The notes under the pieces are model-generated. The model ran no database searches. It worked only from the letters and a program-made list of their open reading frames with translations, and was not told the origin of the DNA. This document shows positions 26,422 through 40,850 of a stretch of DNA of 64,000 bases, one piece after another. Source of the DNA: the human T2T-CHM13v2.0 reference genome, Homo sapiens. Positions within the stretch are counted from its first letter, which is position 1. Each line of letters begins with the position of its first letter. Position numbers and translations under genes: made by a program. The DNA lies in the NCBI RefSeq assembly GCF_009914755.1, contig NC_060934.1; one strand, written 5' to 3'.

Positions 26422-26737
26422 TCTTGAAAACATCATGCTAATTGAAAGAAGGAAGTCACAAAAAGCCACATATTACAAAATTCAATTTATATGAAATGTC
26501 TAGAACAGGCAACTCTATAGAGACAGAAAGTAGATGAGTAGTTGCCTAGGGCTGAGAAGACTGGGGGACTGGGAGAATGTGGAATGATTGCCAATTGATA
26601 TAGGGTTTCTTTCGGGGGTGTTGAAAATTTTCTGGAATTAGATTGCAGCGATAGTTGCACAAATCTGTGACTATACTAGAAACCACTTTAAATGAGTGAA
26701 TTCTATGGTATATAAAACATATTTCAATAAAACTATG
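26422..26737 (+). mobile_element. L1MB-like 3' end
   Basis: L1MB 3'UTR motifs tctatagagacagaaagtagat...ggtttctttcggggg...tttcaataaaact. Confidence 0.8.
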
Positions 26738-26944
26738 AAGAAGAAGGGGGGAAGAGGAGAAGTGGGAAGGAAGGGTGAGAGAAGCGGGAGGAAGAGAAGG
26801 CAAACAGCAGCAGCTCAAATTAGTTAACCTAGCTGAGTTAGTCTATGGAATCTAAGTTGCCACCAACAAAAAAGTAAGCCACTGCTTTATATGCCACCAA
26901 GAAAGAAAATATTTACCAATTATAGCCATAAGAAGTCATGAATG

Positions 26945-27016
26945 ATGAGACACTTCCTGATTTTGGAGATTTTAAACTATGAAAAAATTGTATCTTAGAA
27001 TTAGTAAAATACAGTA
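26945..27016. mobile_element. TcMar-Tigger-like terminal fragment
   Basis: tatcttagaattagtaaaatacagta is a Tigger-type terminus ending in TA. Confidence 0.4.
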
Positions 27017-27149
27017 CACGTAGCTGTTGTCAGATCTAGGTACCAGCTTCTGAAGGCTTCTAAATTTGAATTACTTCTTTAAAGATAATTTATTAACCAT
27101 GAACTCATTCATTCATAAGAAAAAATTTTATCAAATGAGTATTATAAGC

Positions 27150-27330
27150 TGGATATTGGCTTTATATATGGTTTTGACTCTGTGCACATCATTCATTTAA
27201 TCTTCAACAACTACCCTTCAAGATAAACATTATATTCCTCATTTTATAGATAAGGGTGTGGGCTACAGAAAGGTCCCATAGTTCTTAAGTGGCACAGCCA
27301 GGATCCTAAGCCATGTCTCCAGGTCTCTGC
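27150..27330 (-). mobile_element. MIR
   Basis: cattcatttaatcttcaacaac...cctcattttatagataagg. Confidence 0.6.
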
Positions 27331-27395
27331 TCTGTCCCTGTGTTATGAATGAACAGTTCAGATGCAGAAACCTTGTGAGCAAAAACTGAATTTTT

Positions 27396-27799
<404 letters not shown>

Positions 27800-28664
27800 T
27801 CACATGGCCAACTTCTCCCAACATCAACTGGTATGTATTAAAGGAATAGGAATTACAGTACATTTCTGGAGAATATTCTTGGCCACCCTGGAATTTCCTG
27901 CATTCAATATGTTGGTTTGCCATGAAGTCTCCAGGAGCTGCCGAATGAAAACATGGAGATACTTACAGATGACACAGACAGAACAAAGTGGAAAATGAGA
28001 AACAAAAGGAGAAAAAAAGTGGTATGAAGTGCAGTTGCACCTCAATTTATGCTGCAGATGCTTTCTTGAAAATTATGTGTAGATCAAATTGATTTATGAA
28101 CTAAACCCTATCATAAATTCAACAAAAGCATTGTGATGGAAACTTTTGTAATCAGAAAAATTTATTTGTGCTGAGAATAGTTGATTCTCAGCCTCTCTTT
28201 TGAATTTACTTGTTATTCTTCTCAAGGGGAGCCTACCTGCACATAAAAGTTCGATAACCACCAGGGATTCTTGATGTGCAGGAATGTCATGAGACCAAAA
28301 TGCTTTACAAAGGCTTAAAAATATAAACTATCTATGCCATTTATAATAGCCATTTCCATAATACTTTAAATATATATCTCAACATAATGGGAGGGTTGAG
28401 AAGATCCTTCTCAGGGATGGAATTCTAGGACCACTATTGAAGGAGATTATTTGCGTGGGTGGGGAAGTTCAGAGGAGATAAGTATCTCCCCTGGGTAACC
28501 AAAAGCCCTGAACCCTTCTCTCTTGACAGTTGAGAGGGAGGGAGAAGTTGAAGGAGTCCAGCACTCCATTTCCAAATGACTCCCATGGCCTCCTTGCAAA
28601 TTACAACGTCACTAGCTCCCTGGTCTTCCATAGCCAAAGGTTACAAAATGGCCACCCATACAGG

Positions 28665-28700
28665 CCATTTAAACCATTTAAACCATTTAAACCATTTAAA
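28665..28700. repeat. (CCATTTAAA)4 tandem repeat
   Basis: Four exact 9-mers flanked by ccatacagg copies. Confidence 0.95.
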
Positions 28701-29053
28701 ACCATACAGGTTTTAAAAATCAAGTGTTACATTTCTTAAAATGGATTTGCAGAATTACTTGAATGAATAAAAGATCTGCAAGACATGCTCCATATTCCCA
28801 CTGGGGAATAACTCACTGGAGCTGGGTAGATGCTCCTGAAGACGTGTCTCCTGGTCCCCACTACTTCTTAAGCCTTGCATCCAGCCTGGCTCCTGCAGGC
28901 ATTTTCACTTGCACCCCAGTAGAAGTCTCCTCTGAGCTAAGGGTCACCACCACACGACTCACCCAATCCCATGTAGAGCCCGCAAATATCCATGATCCCA
29001 AGAGCACCCTTTCTTTAATGTGGTCTCATTTCAAAATATATGAGACTGTTGGA

Positions 29054-29645
<592 letters not shown>

Positions 29646-29936
29646 TGACGACATGCTTCTAAGAAGGATCCTAAGACGTTCATTTCTTTGAAGCACTATT
29701 ACCAGTGGAGCTGACAACAAAAAGTTAATAGACATAGGACTCAGGCACTCAGGCTCACTCTGCTTAAACTAGCGGAGTGGGGAAGAAGAGAGACGTGTAC
29801 ATTCCATATCCATACCAGCCTGGGGTCTTGGGTTCTAAGAGGGGTGGTGGCTTTTCCCTGAGCCCTAAACCCAGCAGCTGCAGTTAGTGCCAAAGATTAT
29901 GAGGGTACAGAAAGTAAAGAAAGATCAGTGTTTTAA

Positions 29937-30727
<791 letters not shown>

Positions 30728-31698
30728 ACAGGGGCAGCCATGTGCTCTGCGGCCTGCTTAGATGTTCATGGGGTCAGATTTCCTCTGCAGTGGCTCCAAC
30801 GGCTGGCAGCAGGGTCTGGGATGGATGTACTGCCTTTCTCAGAGCTAGGCTGGGAAAAACATTTCCTTGTCATTTATTTTTTAAATGTCAGGAGATTTTA
30901 AAACTTCTAGGAGAGCAGATAAGTGATAAGAAGAAAATCTGGGTCGTTTTTGTGCATACAAAGGGGCCATTCTAATAGTGGTTTCAAGGGGTCTTTTCTA
31001 GACAAAAGGGGAGGAGATTGTTTTAGTAGCCCTCTCTTCCTTTCCTGGGGAGTTTGAAACTATCTAGTTTTGAAATCTAAAAATCCCCAAGCTCTTGGAT
31101 CTGGTCCTTTTTACCCCCTTAGCCATATATTCCAGTTTCTGCTAAAAAAAGTCTGCCTCAAGATATAAGTGACATCCAACTGTTGGGGCTGTTTTCTCTT
31201 TTCATAGAAACCAGAGCTTCTGGGGTTCTGAGATGTCTCTAGCGGTCACTGACCTAACCATTAGCAACTGGGTTCTACAAATAATGTCCCTGGGGAACTC
31301 AATAAAATTATCAATCGCTAGCCCCCACAGGTCTTAATAGAGAGTGGATAGGTGGAAGGTTTATAAATCAGGATGAGTCATTTGATTCACCAAGGGAAAA
31401 GATAAATAAACCAACACTCCAATTAATTTTAACCTGAAAAGAAACTGCTAGTGAATGGTGCGTTAGCCAAGTCCGTAGGGTCTTAACAACCTTAATTATT
31501 CACAAATGCAAATTGCTTTTACTGCTTGCTAATTTCTTCATGTCTTCCATCCAGTTCCTCTTCCCCTCACCATCCTCCTCTCTCCTCACCCAGTCTCTTT
31601 ATTCCTGAAGAGCCAAAAGGAAATTTCTGGAAATGACCTTCTAATCACTCAAGCTTTTTCTCTAAAAAAATTTAATGAATCTTCCCAAGACCCTAATT

Positions 31699-32195
31699 AG
31701 CTTAACCTGGGATCCAAGGACTGCCCTAGGCCTAAATAATCCATAGATGCGCTTCAGGGACCCCATGAGCTAGCTGAAATTATATGCAAAATTGTGGGGG
31801 TGGGTGCAAAAAAAATCAGAAAGAATGAATAAGACCTACTATTTGATAGCACAAGAGGGTGACTATAGTCAATAGTAACTTAATTGTACCTTTTAAAATT
31901 AACTGCAAGAGTGTAATTGGATTGTTTGCAACACAAACGATAAGTGCTCTAGGGGATGGATACCCCATTCTCCATGATGTGATTATTACATAATAAGTGC
32001 CTGTATCAAAACAGGTCATGTATGCCACAGATATATACACTTGCTATATACCCGCAAAAATTAAAAATTAAAAACAAACAAAAAATTGTGAGGGTAGGGT
32101 ACTTCCTGGCTCCCTGCCCACCCAAGAGGTCCAATTTTCATCAAATTCTCAAGAAAGTCTATGTTCTCCCCAACCCCCTAAAACAGCATTAAGCA
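31699..32195 (+). mobile_element. Charlie4z-like DNA transposon, split by L1MA
   Basis: cttaacctggg...gcttcaggg...ctgaaattatatgcaaaatt, then ttttcatcaaattctcaag after the L1. Confidence 0.55.
31808..32081 (+). mobile_element. L1MA1-3-like 3' end inserted in Charlie4z
   Basis: agaatgaataagacctactatttgatagcac...ggggatggataccccattctccatgatgtg; approximate TSD aaaattgtgggggtgggtgc / aaaattgtgagggtagggtac. Confidence 0.85.
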
Positions 32196-32244
32196 TTAAA
32201 GGACTAGACTGTACCCACCTAAACACTGCATCACAAGGAATATT

Positions 32245-32460
32245 TATGATGCAGAGTGAGACAGCCCAGGCTTAGGAGCCAGACAGATGCAGGTTCAAAT
32301 CCCAGCTCTGTCACTTACGAGCTGCATGAATTTAGACAAATGTCAAATTCTCTGAGCCTATTTCATCATCTGTAAAATGGTGATCATAACTCCTTCAGTA
32401 CAGGATTATTGGGTGACTATACAAAATAATACGAGAAAGCACAAAGCATTTGTACATAGA
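32245..32460 (+). mobile_element. MIR
   Basis: ggttcaaatcccagctctgtcacttac...catctgtaaaatgg. Confidence 0.8.
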
Positions 32461-33326
32461 AAGGGCAAAATGAAAATCCTCCCTACAAGAGAGAGAAAAA
32501 AAGGCAGATCTAGGCTCAGGAGTAGAGACGCTGCTCTCCCATCTTTGGGAACTGCATTTCTGGCTTTGCTAAAGATGAAGGTCACTGTACTACAAAGACA
32601 ATCAGATTGGGATCACCCCTGGGAAATCCATAAGAATCAGATTGGAAGAGCACTCTTTATGAGCATCATATTAGATTATAAACCTTTTTATAGATCTTAT
32701 AGTGACATGCCCAATCTGATTTAAAATAAGCCTCTAACCCTCTATTCTCCTACTGTCTCTACCTACTACTCCCAACATAATGTGATAAGCAAAGCCTAAA
32801 CATTTCAATCATGTACAATGTGAAGTTGCACCACAGTAAGGGCACTGAAATGACCTCAGGAAGCCCGCATAGCCAGATGTCTGCAGTCCTTCTGCAAGAT
32901 CCCAATATTTTCAGGTTCTACCTGGGTCAGTTCGCTGCTCTGGGGTAAATATCAATTAGAGGCTTCTAGATCCTTTGGCTGTTGGGACTTCCAGAACAGC
33001 ATCAATGACTTCAAAAACATCCTGAAGTCGATTAATCTGCTCCTGTTGTATGGGCTAGATTCCTGATTCCAGAGAACAGGCCAACAGAACGCAGGCCAAG
33101 AGGACCCCACCTTTGCATTTCTATTTCTCATGGCAAGGTTGCCTCACTCCCAGAAAAAAGAACTTTAGCTTTATTATCTGAGACAGGCAGAGGATTGAAG
33201 CTGATTGCCATTCTCTACATATCTGATTTTATATTATGATTGTATTGTGGGGCATGCTACTGCAGAGTTTAACTGCATTGAAATCATTATATCATTTCTC
33301 TTTGGCTATAAAGAATTTTAATTTGG

Positions 33327-33628
<302 letters not shown>

Positions 33629-35109
33629 TTAATTTGGAAGCCATTCATAGTGGTTGTAGTTTTTGCTCAGACCATGTTGTGACACACAGTGTATTGGCTT
33701 TTCAGATGACATTAACCCAGCCACCTGCTCATCTTGGTCCTGCTCAGTTAACCTGCACATCTGTATTTTTGTCTTTAAAGTCTTTATTATCAACCTCACT
33801 CCCCAGCTATAAAAGCTGTTTGTCCCCCAAACAAGTTGAAAAGAAAGTGCAGAATAATCAGAGTGTATCTAGAATGAATAAAAAATGAGAATCCCATGAC
33901 ATCCAAGATGGGATACAGTCTTGATTGGACATACAGACAGACATGGTGACAGAAAACTCAGAAGCCGGGAGGGTCAGAGCGATGGAGCTTACTAGAACAC
34001 AAGTTCATTTTCTCAAATGTGAGTGTTTTGCCCTCTCTGATTGGCATGCCTTTTTTCCTTCCTCAATTGTGGGGCACTGTCCTCTAACCACAGATGACTT
34101 CTTTACACCGCACGGTTGCAGATAGCACAGTTTCAAGGAGGGTGTGCTTGGATCTGGTAGAGGTCATGGACGAAGTGAAGACAAAAGTGAAGTCTTGGTG
34201 GTACTGGTTCACGCAAGGAATCAAACAGCCCAATGAGTCAGAGATCTGCTAAGTATATGGAAGCCTTCATGACTTAAAATATCCAACTGCCACGAGAGAA
34301 GTTCCAGAACAGAGGAGCCTCTTCCAGCATGGACCCAGCAGCTACAGGAGGGCTCAGATTGCTTGCTCTGCCACGCCTCTGCCATCTGCCCCCTGCTGAA
34401 GTCAGGCCAGGGAAGAGGTGCTGCCCATGAGTCAGCCATTCTCAACTGCTGCTTCTGCCTTCTCACTTTGCCATATTTGCTCCCTATCTGGGATGGTACA
34501 GTTCCACAGACCCTGATACACCTGGGGTTCAGCAGACCTAATTAGCCTTACATGTGTCTGCTCCCAAAATAGAGAGTCATTTATTCCAGTTTCTGTCCTG
34601 ATCAGCAAGGTGTGACCTAGGCCCATGGCCCATAGCCCCAGACTGGGAGAGGAGCCACATTCCTTCTGAACAGTTTCTAAAAAACTTTCAGTCCCAAATG
34701 AGTGACTTTAGAAGTGGAGTTTTGAGGATGGAGCTGAGCACGTGGATTTCACATCTTCTCCTCTTTTCAGTATAGCTCTCAAGCCCCCTGGATGCAAAGG
34801 CAGGACCCTGATGAACTTGCCTTTTCTATGACAGTCTTTACACTACAAGAAAGGGGCTGCAGGACAATCCCAGCTCCCAAAGACCCAGCCCAGAGCTCAG
34901 GAAAGCCAGGCTGCTTCTCACCAAAACTGAAAACCAGGACACCTTGGGAACACTCAGGACCCCACTCAGGCACCAGCTCCTTCCGGCAGCTCTTCCTTAC
35001 CCTGCTGAAGTGCTGACCATCCCTGCCCTTGACTCACTCCCATTGCAGTGCCAACTCAGAGCATCTATCCCCAAAGCCAGAGTTTCTGGGATTCAGATCT
35101 TGGAGGTGT

Positions 35110-35300
35110 CACCCATTCCCTATGTGACTCTGTGGGAGCTACTTAGTTAATCTGCACCCTAATGTCCTCATCCATCAAATGTCGATGATGACAGCACCCA
35201 TCTCACAGACTTGGGTAAGGCTCAGAAGAGCTAATATAAAGAAAATGCTTAGAACGTGGACTAGAATAGTAAGCACTCAACATACTTCCCATGCTGTTGT
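35110..35300 (+). mobile_element. MIR
   Basis: ctatgtgactctg...tagtaagcactcaa. Confidence 0.55.
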
Positions 35301-35329
35301 TGGCGCCGCTGCTCCCACTTGTCAGATAC

Positions 35330-35455
35330 CATGTGAGACCAGGAGCCCCTTGAAGGTGGGAAACTTTTTCTGTTTACTTCTATGGTCCCAGCACCCAGCA
35401 CAGAGCATGGTGCAGAAAAGGCTCAAAATGTTTTATGAGTGAATGAATAAAGCGA
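35330..35455 (+). mobile_element. L2 3' end
   Basis: cccagcacccagcacagagcatgg...gagtgaatgaataaa. Confidence 0.6.
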
Positions 35456-36254
35456 ATCCAGTTGGCAATGCTGGACTATATACAGCTTGACTTGGTGATG
35501 GTTACCTTACAGACTCCTCCCCTGCAATGTTCTGAAAGAGGGCAGAATGTCAACGGGCAGGCACACTGGCCAGAGAGAAACTGAGCAATGTGAGAATGGC
35601 CAGGGGAGACTGGGCATTACAGCAAAAAAGACTGGCATTGAAGCTCACCAACTGGGTTGTCTTGAGCACATCCATTTCCTCTTGGGCTTCAGTCTGGCCA
35701 TCTGTGTGTCTAAACAAAGGCAGGAACTACTAGAAAGATGGGGTATCATTTCAGCAAGAACAGGTGGAGAGGTGAAACATGACTCATCTTTCTCCACCTG
35801 CCCCAGGGGACTCCCCCTGGCCAGGAAAAAACAGAAGCTCTAAACAGACCCTGCTTCTGAAGTCACAGCAAAAACCATGTCCAGTGTCCCCAGTAATTCT
35901 CTAGAATTCTCCCACCTGAGAGCCTCCTCCTCCCCACACAGGCCTGCGGAGTGCAGTGTAAATACCTCACCTCTCTCTGAACCACACGGCAGGAAGCATG
36001 GGAAACTCCTGCGGCTGTCGTAGGTGCCCACGGGACTGCTGGGCACTGTGCCACCACCACTGAAGAGGCCTTTGTGGCCTTCTTCCTGTGGCCCCAGGAG
36101 GAGACAGGAACTGGGAGCTAGCAGGCACCAAGGGGCCATGGAGGCCACATGCCGAATGGAGGAGCGTGGCAACCTTCCTTGAAGCCAGAACTGCCGAGGT
36201 CTGTCTATAGCTCAGACAGTGCTGTGGGCCCCTCTTGCAGGCCAGTCGTCTCAC

Positions 36255-36407
36255 CTGGACCCTGGGCTCTGAGTAAACAATCCAATGATGCTACCCACAA
36301 AGGCCGCAGATCCAAGCTTAGGAGGCATCTTCCCGTCAATGCCCTGGGGGCCCCTGTTGCCAAGTGACATGTGTCTGTGATTGCAGAAGGCCCTATTCTC
36401 CCAGAAT
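36255..36407 (-). other. Weak candidate in-frame 153-nt cassette exon
   Basis: cccccttcctcccctag| acceptor and CAG|gtgaga donor; open in the phase-2 KCNMA1 frame. No independent support. Confidence 0.25.
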
Positions 36408-37883
36408 CTAGGGGAGGAAGGGGGACTTTATGCAGCTGGAAAAGGCAAATTCTAACAGTCCTTTGTGATTTTAGACATGGTATTTAATCTCTTTTGAAAT
36501 GCCAAATAATATTAAAAGAGGGCATGCTGCTTTTATGATTTTTCAGGAAGGGTCATGGACTAATAACAGGTTGCAAACATTGCAACATTGCTGGGAGGGT
36601 TCTTGCCCTTGCTGTAGGTACATATTGCTGTTCTATTTATAACCAACATGAAAACAATGTAATAATCAGAACTAAGAGATGTATACATCCCTTTAGCCTA
36701 CCTATTTTTCTTGGATCTGGAATATTTTGGGTCTCACTTGTTGATTTTTAGCAGCAGTTGAAAGGAGCTGACCAAATGCACATTAACGAGACGACATTCC
36801 TGTCTCTTTCTGTCTTCACTGGGAGACGTCCTATTTGAGCCATCCTGGTTTGAGATCCCAGCCTCCCACCCCTCAAGCATGAGACAGCCACGAGAAGGCC
36901 CCCTGCAGCCACAAACATTTGTCAGAGTGATTTGGTGAAGTTCAGCAGTGAAAGCAATTTCTTACTCGGAAAATCATTTATCATGGATAGCCTGTCGAAA
37001 ACAATCTCATTTCAAACCCTTCCCAGGGAGAAAAGAACTGACAACTGGCACTAAGTAATCTACAACAGAGCCATGGGAGTCATTCATCTTTCCTTTGCCC
37101 AGCCCAGGACTTGATGCTTTCAGAAGAGAAGTGGAATCAATCATAACTGCTCTGAGGGGCTTCAGGTAAAAGAGGAGGGGGCTACCGGGACAGCCACATA
37201 CTCCTGAGTGCACAATGGGAGATTGTTCAGTCTCTATTTTACTAATAGCCAAAAACCAGAAGAGTAGTTGTAGGGGTCTTTGAGGGAGGTGTGCCTCCTT
37301 CATTACAAAACATGTTCTTTTTGTACTTTTAGCTCATCTTAAATGCCAGAATCCTCCTTCTTAGGGAGCAATTAAGGAAAAGCTTATTGCTTTTTTATAT
37401 AAGCTGACTTCCCCTTTGCCTGGGGCAGTCTTTTCTTTGCCAGACCATAGCATGGAGCTTGTGGCATAGTAGATAATGATTCTGTGCATGCCATTTCCAC
37501 TGACATCAACACCCTGGAAACAGAATATCTAGCAATTTGAGGCTCATGGAGAAAAGCAGAAGAGGGAAAATTTTTCCCCATTAAGTTCCCTGCTTTTTTA
37601 AAAATACAATTAGTTACAGATAGGAAAAGCAATTGATCACTTTCCTTACTGAATGTCTGATTAAACCCAGGTTCTGGTTTTGAGGTTCACCAAGCCCCAG
37701 AAGAAGCTAATGAATTTCAGGGCTCCATCATTCTCATGTTTTGGCATTAACCAGTGACTCAGAAGGTACTGCCAGATGCAAATTATGACATCAATGCTAT
37801 ACTTCCTGGGAACCAAATAAAACAGAACCACCTTTGTAGATGGGTAGCTCCCACCAGTTCCCAGAAATATTTATATTATGGAT

Positions 37884-37909
37884 ATTAGTACTTCATTAGT
37901 ACTTCATTA
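37884..37909. repeat. 11-bp tandem duplication (attagtacttc) x2.4
   Basis: Read directly from the sequence. Confidence 0.9.
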
Positions 37910-38169
37910 TTATACCAATCTTAACTCAGAAATAAATCACCAGGTTTAGCACATATGATGCTTTAAGATAAAACTGTCCTCAAACTGCTTTCATTTCTCT
38001 GTCATTATCAGGGGTCTGAAATCCTGACTATTTTGGAAAGAAGTGTTATGCTATTTTGCCCAAGCCAAATGCAGGCATTAACGGTAAAGTTCTGGGATAA
38101 AATGCTCCATTTGAACTGAATTGTTCACATAAAATGGCTAATTTCTATTAGCCATTTGGGAGTACTTCT

Positions 38170-38340
38170 CCACTTCCCAGCTGTCACTTTAAGCAAGATA
38201 CTTTAGCCTCTCTGTGCCTTGGTCTTCTCATCTGTAAGAAGGGGGTAATACTGCTACCTACCCTGTAAGATGTTATGAGGATTAAATGAGGTGATACTTA
38301 CAAGGGCCACAGCGCCTGCCAAAAAGCAAGCATTTAATTT
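38170..38340 (+). mobile_element. MIR
   Basis: cctctctgtgccttggtcttctcatctgtaa...tgaggattaaatgag. Confidence 0.75.
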
Positions 38341-38342
38341 AA

Positions 38343-38686
<344 letters not shown>

Positions 38687-39844
38687 TAGGGGGTAAGCCA
38701 ACCACTCGGTTTCCTGGTAGCCAATCTATAAAGTCCCCAGGAGATCACTGGAAAAGTAACAAGATGGAAAAATGAGATTTTCAGGGTGAGCACTCACTAT
38801 ACATGATCGAGAAGAGCACTATAAAAAGCCAGGTGTGAGGAGGTAAAGCTCCCATAAGGACAAGATCAGAGATAAACAAAGAGTCTCTGAACTGCTAAAG
38901 AGGCTTGCCAGGGTCCCTGAGCCACCTCTACAACAGTTTTCTTCCTCCTCCGCTTCCCCAACACAAAGGTTAGTTTCTCTGCTAAATAAATATTGAATAC
39001 TTACGTAACAAATATCAATTTGAAGGCACATAAAATTATGAGCCTGCCCAAGTGTCTTCTTGGCCTACCATGCTCTGAGCTAACTGGGGCACTGAGTGTA
39101 AACACTCTCCCGGCTACTGCTTTGCTCTTTCCCTCCCTCATTATTCACCACATTCAGTGAACAGAAATTCCAGCTTGAGCCACCTGTAGTCATGTGGCAT
39201 TGGTCCAAAGCCCTCACTACCATGGGCGCCAACCCTAAGGGGAGGTATCCTCAGCACTCACTACGTGAAAACCTACTTTGCTTGGGACCAAGAAAAGAAT
39301 AATTCAGCATGAATACGACATCACTGGAACTTGTTAGTGTTATTTGAAAGATGTGGCTGAAGTTTTACATAGGGAATGTGTGCTTCCATCACAAGTAACA
39401 CAGTGTATACAAAACTAACAAAGCAGTTTGTGGCCAAGAGGTTTTTGTTTTCTAGGATGAATAAGAAGGCCATGTTCTTGAAGGAACTTGAGGAACAATG
39501 ACTACTTCAAGTCCACCCTGAAATATGGACACGATGGAAAAGCAAACAAAGGTGGGTCATCCACCTGGGAATCTCTAGTTCAATGGTTAGCTCAGTAAAT
39601 CTTCCCAATTTACCATGCAGATCCATCTCCCTTAACCCCATAAACTGGTCTAAAGAATAAACATATTGCAATTTGGGTATTAATTTAATCAGGCATGATT
39701 TTGCAGAGAAGCCCATGGCAAAAAAAAAAAAAAAACTTTCTATAATGAGGTCCAATACCAAAAATAGTAGTAACAATAATTTAAAAGCAGATTGTTTAAA
39801 ATCCATCTCTTCCTCTCTGTTTCTATCCATAATTGAGGAGGAAG

Positions 39845-40060
39845 AGCATTTGTTCAGCCTACTGTCTGCCAGGCATGTGCCAGGAGCTTCACTCATCTCT
39901 TCACCCCAGTATATTATTGCTGTTGTATGGATGGAGAAACCAAGATTTGCAGAGATTATCACCTGCCCAAGGCTACCTTCCTGGGAAGAGGGAGATCTGG
40001 ATTTGAACCCCACCTCGGTCTGAGTCCAAAGCCTGTGCTCTTCCCACATTGTGCTGCTGG
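39845..40060 (-). mobile_element. MIR
   Basis: gatggagaaacc...cctgcccaagg...ggatttgaaccc. Confidence 0.6.
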
Positions 40061-40159
40061 CCATCCCTGAAGCTGCCGCTGTAGGTGGAGCATACTCCCT
40101 GAGACGAACCAAGGGAGTAGTGGCTATATATATATATATATGTACACACACACAAAGCA

Positions 40160-40850
40160 AACAAACAAAAACAAAATAAGTTGGCGAGGATGTGGACAAA
40201 TTGCAACCCCCGCATGTTGTTGGTGGAAATGTAAAATGGTACAGCCATTGTGGAAAACAGTTTAGTGATTCATCAAAAAGCTAAACATTGAATTCCTAAA
40301 TGACCCTGCAATTCCACTCCTATGCATATAAGAATTGAAAACAGGAATTCAAACAGATACTTGTGCACAACTGTTTATTGGAGCATTATTCACAATAGCC
40401 AAAAGGTAGAAACAATCTACATGTTCATTGACAAATGAATGGATAAACAAAATGTGTGGCAGACATAAAATGGAATATTATTCAGCCATCAAAGGGAATT
40501 AAGTACTGATACGTGCTACAACGTGGATGAACCTTGAAAGCATTATGTCAATGAAGGAAGCCAGACACAAAGGTCGCAAATATATGATTCCATTTAGATG
40601 AAACATCTAGAAGAGGTAAATCCATAGAGACAGAAAGCAGATCAGTGGTTGTCAGGGCCTAGGAGGACAGAGGAATGGGGAGTGACTCTGATGAGTATGG
40701 GGTTTCCTTTTGGGTTTACAGAAATGTCTTGACTAAATAGAAGTGATGGTTGCATAACATTGTGAAGGTACGAATCACCACTGTATCGTACACATTAAAA
40801 TGGCTAATAGTTACTTTTATGCTCTGTGAATTTTGCCAGGATTAAGAAAA
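40160..40850 (+). mobile_element. L1MB-like 3' fragment
   Basis: ORF2-end and 3'UTR motifs (ggtggaaatgtaaaatggtacagcc...; tccatagagacagaaagcagat). Confidence 0.85.

Larger units (their letters stand above)
34234..35787. promoter_or_regulatory. Putative enhancer: 4 AP-1 sites plus a CTCF-like motif
   Basis: TGA(G/C)TCA at 34234, 34428, 35030 and 35780; TCAGCAGGGGGCAG on the minus strand at ~34386-34399; CACGTG at 34739. Confidence 0.35.

Noticed and set aside
39507-40199. 230-aa minus-strand ORF
   Set aside because: It runs across an L1 end, microsatellites, a MIR and a poly-A run; chance openness.
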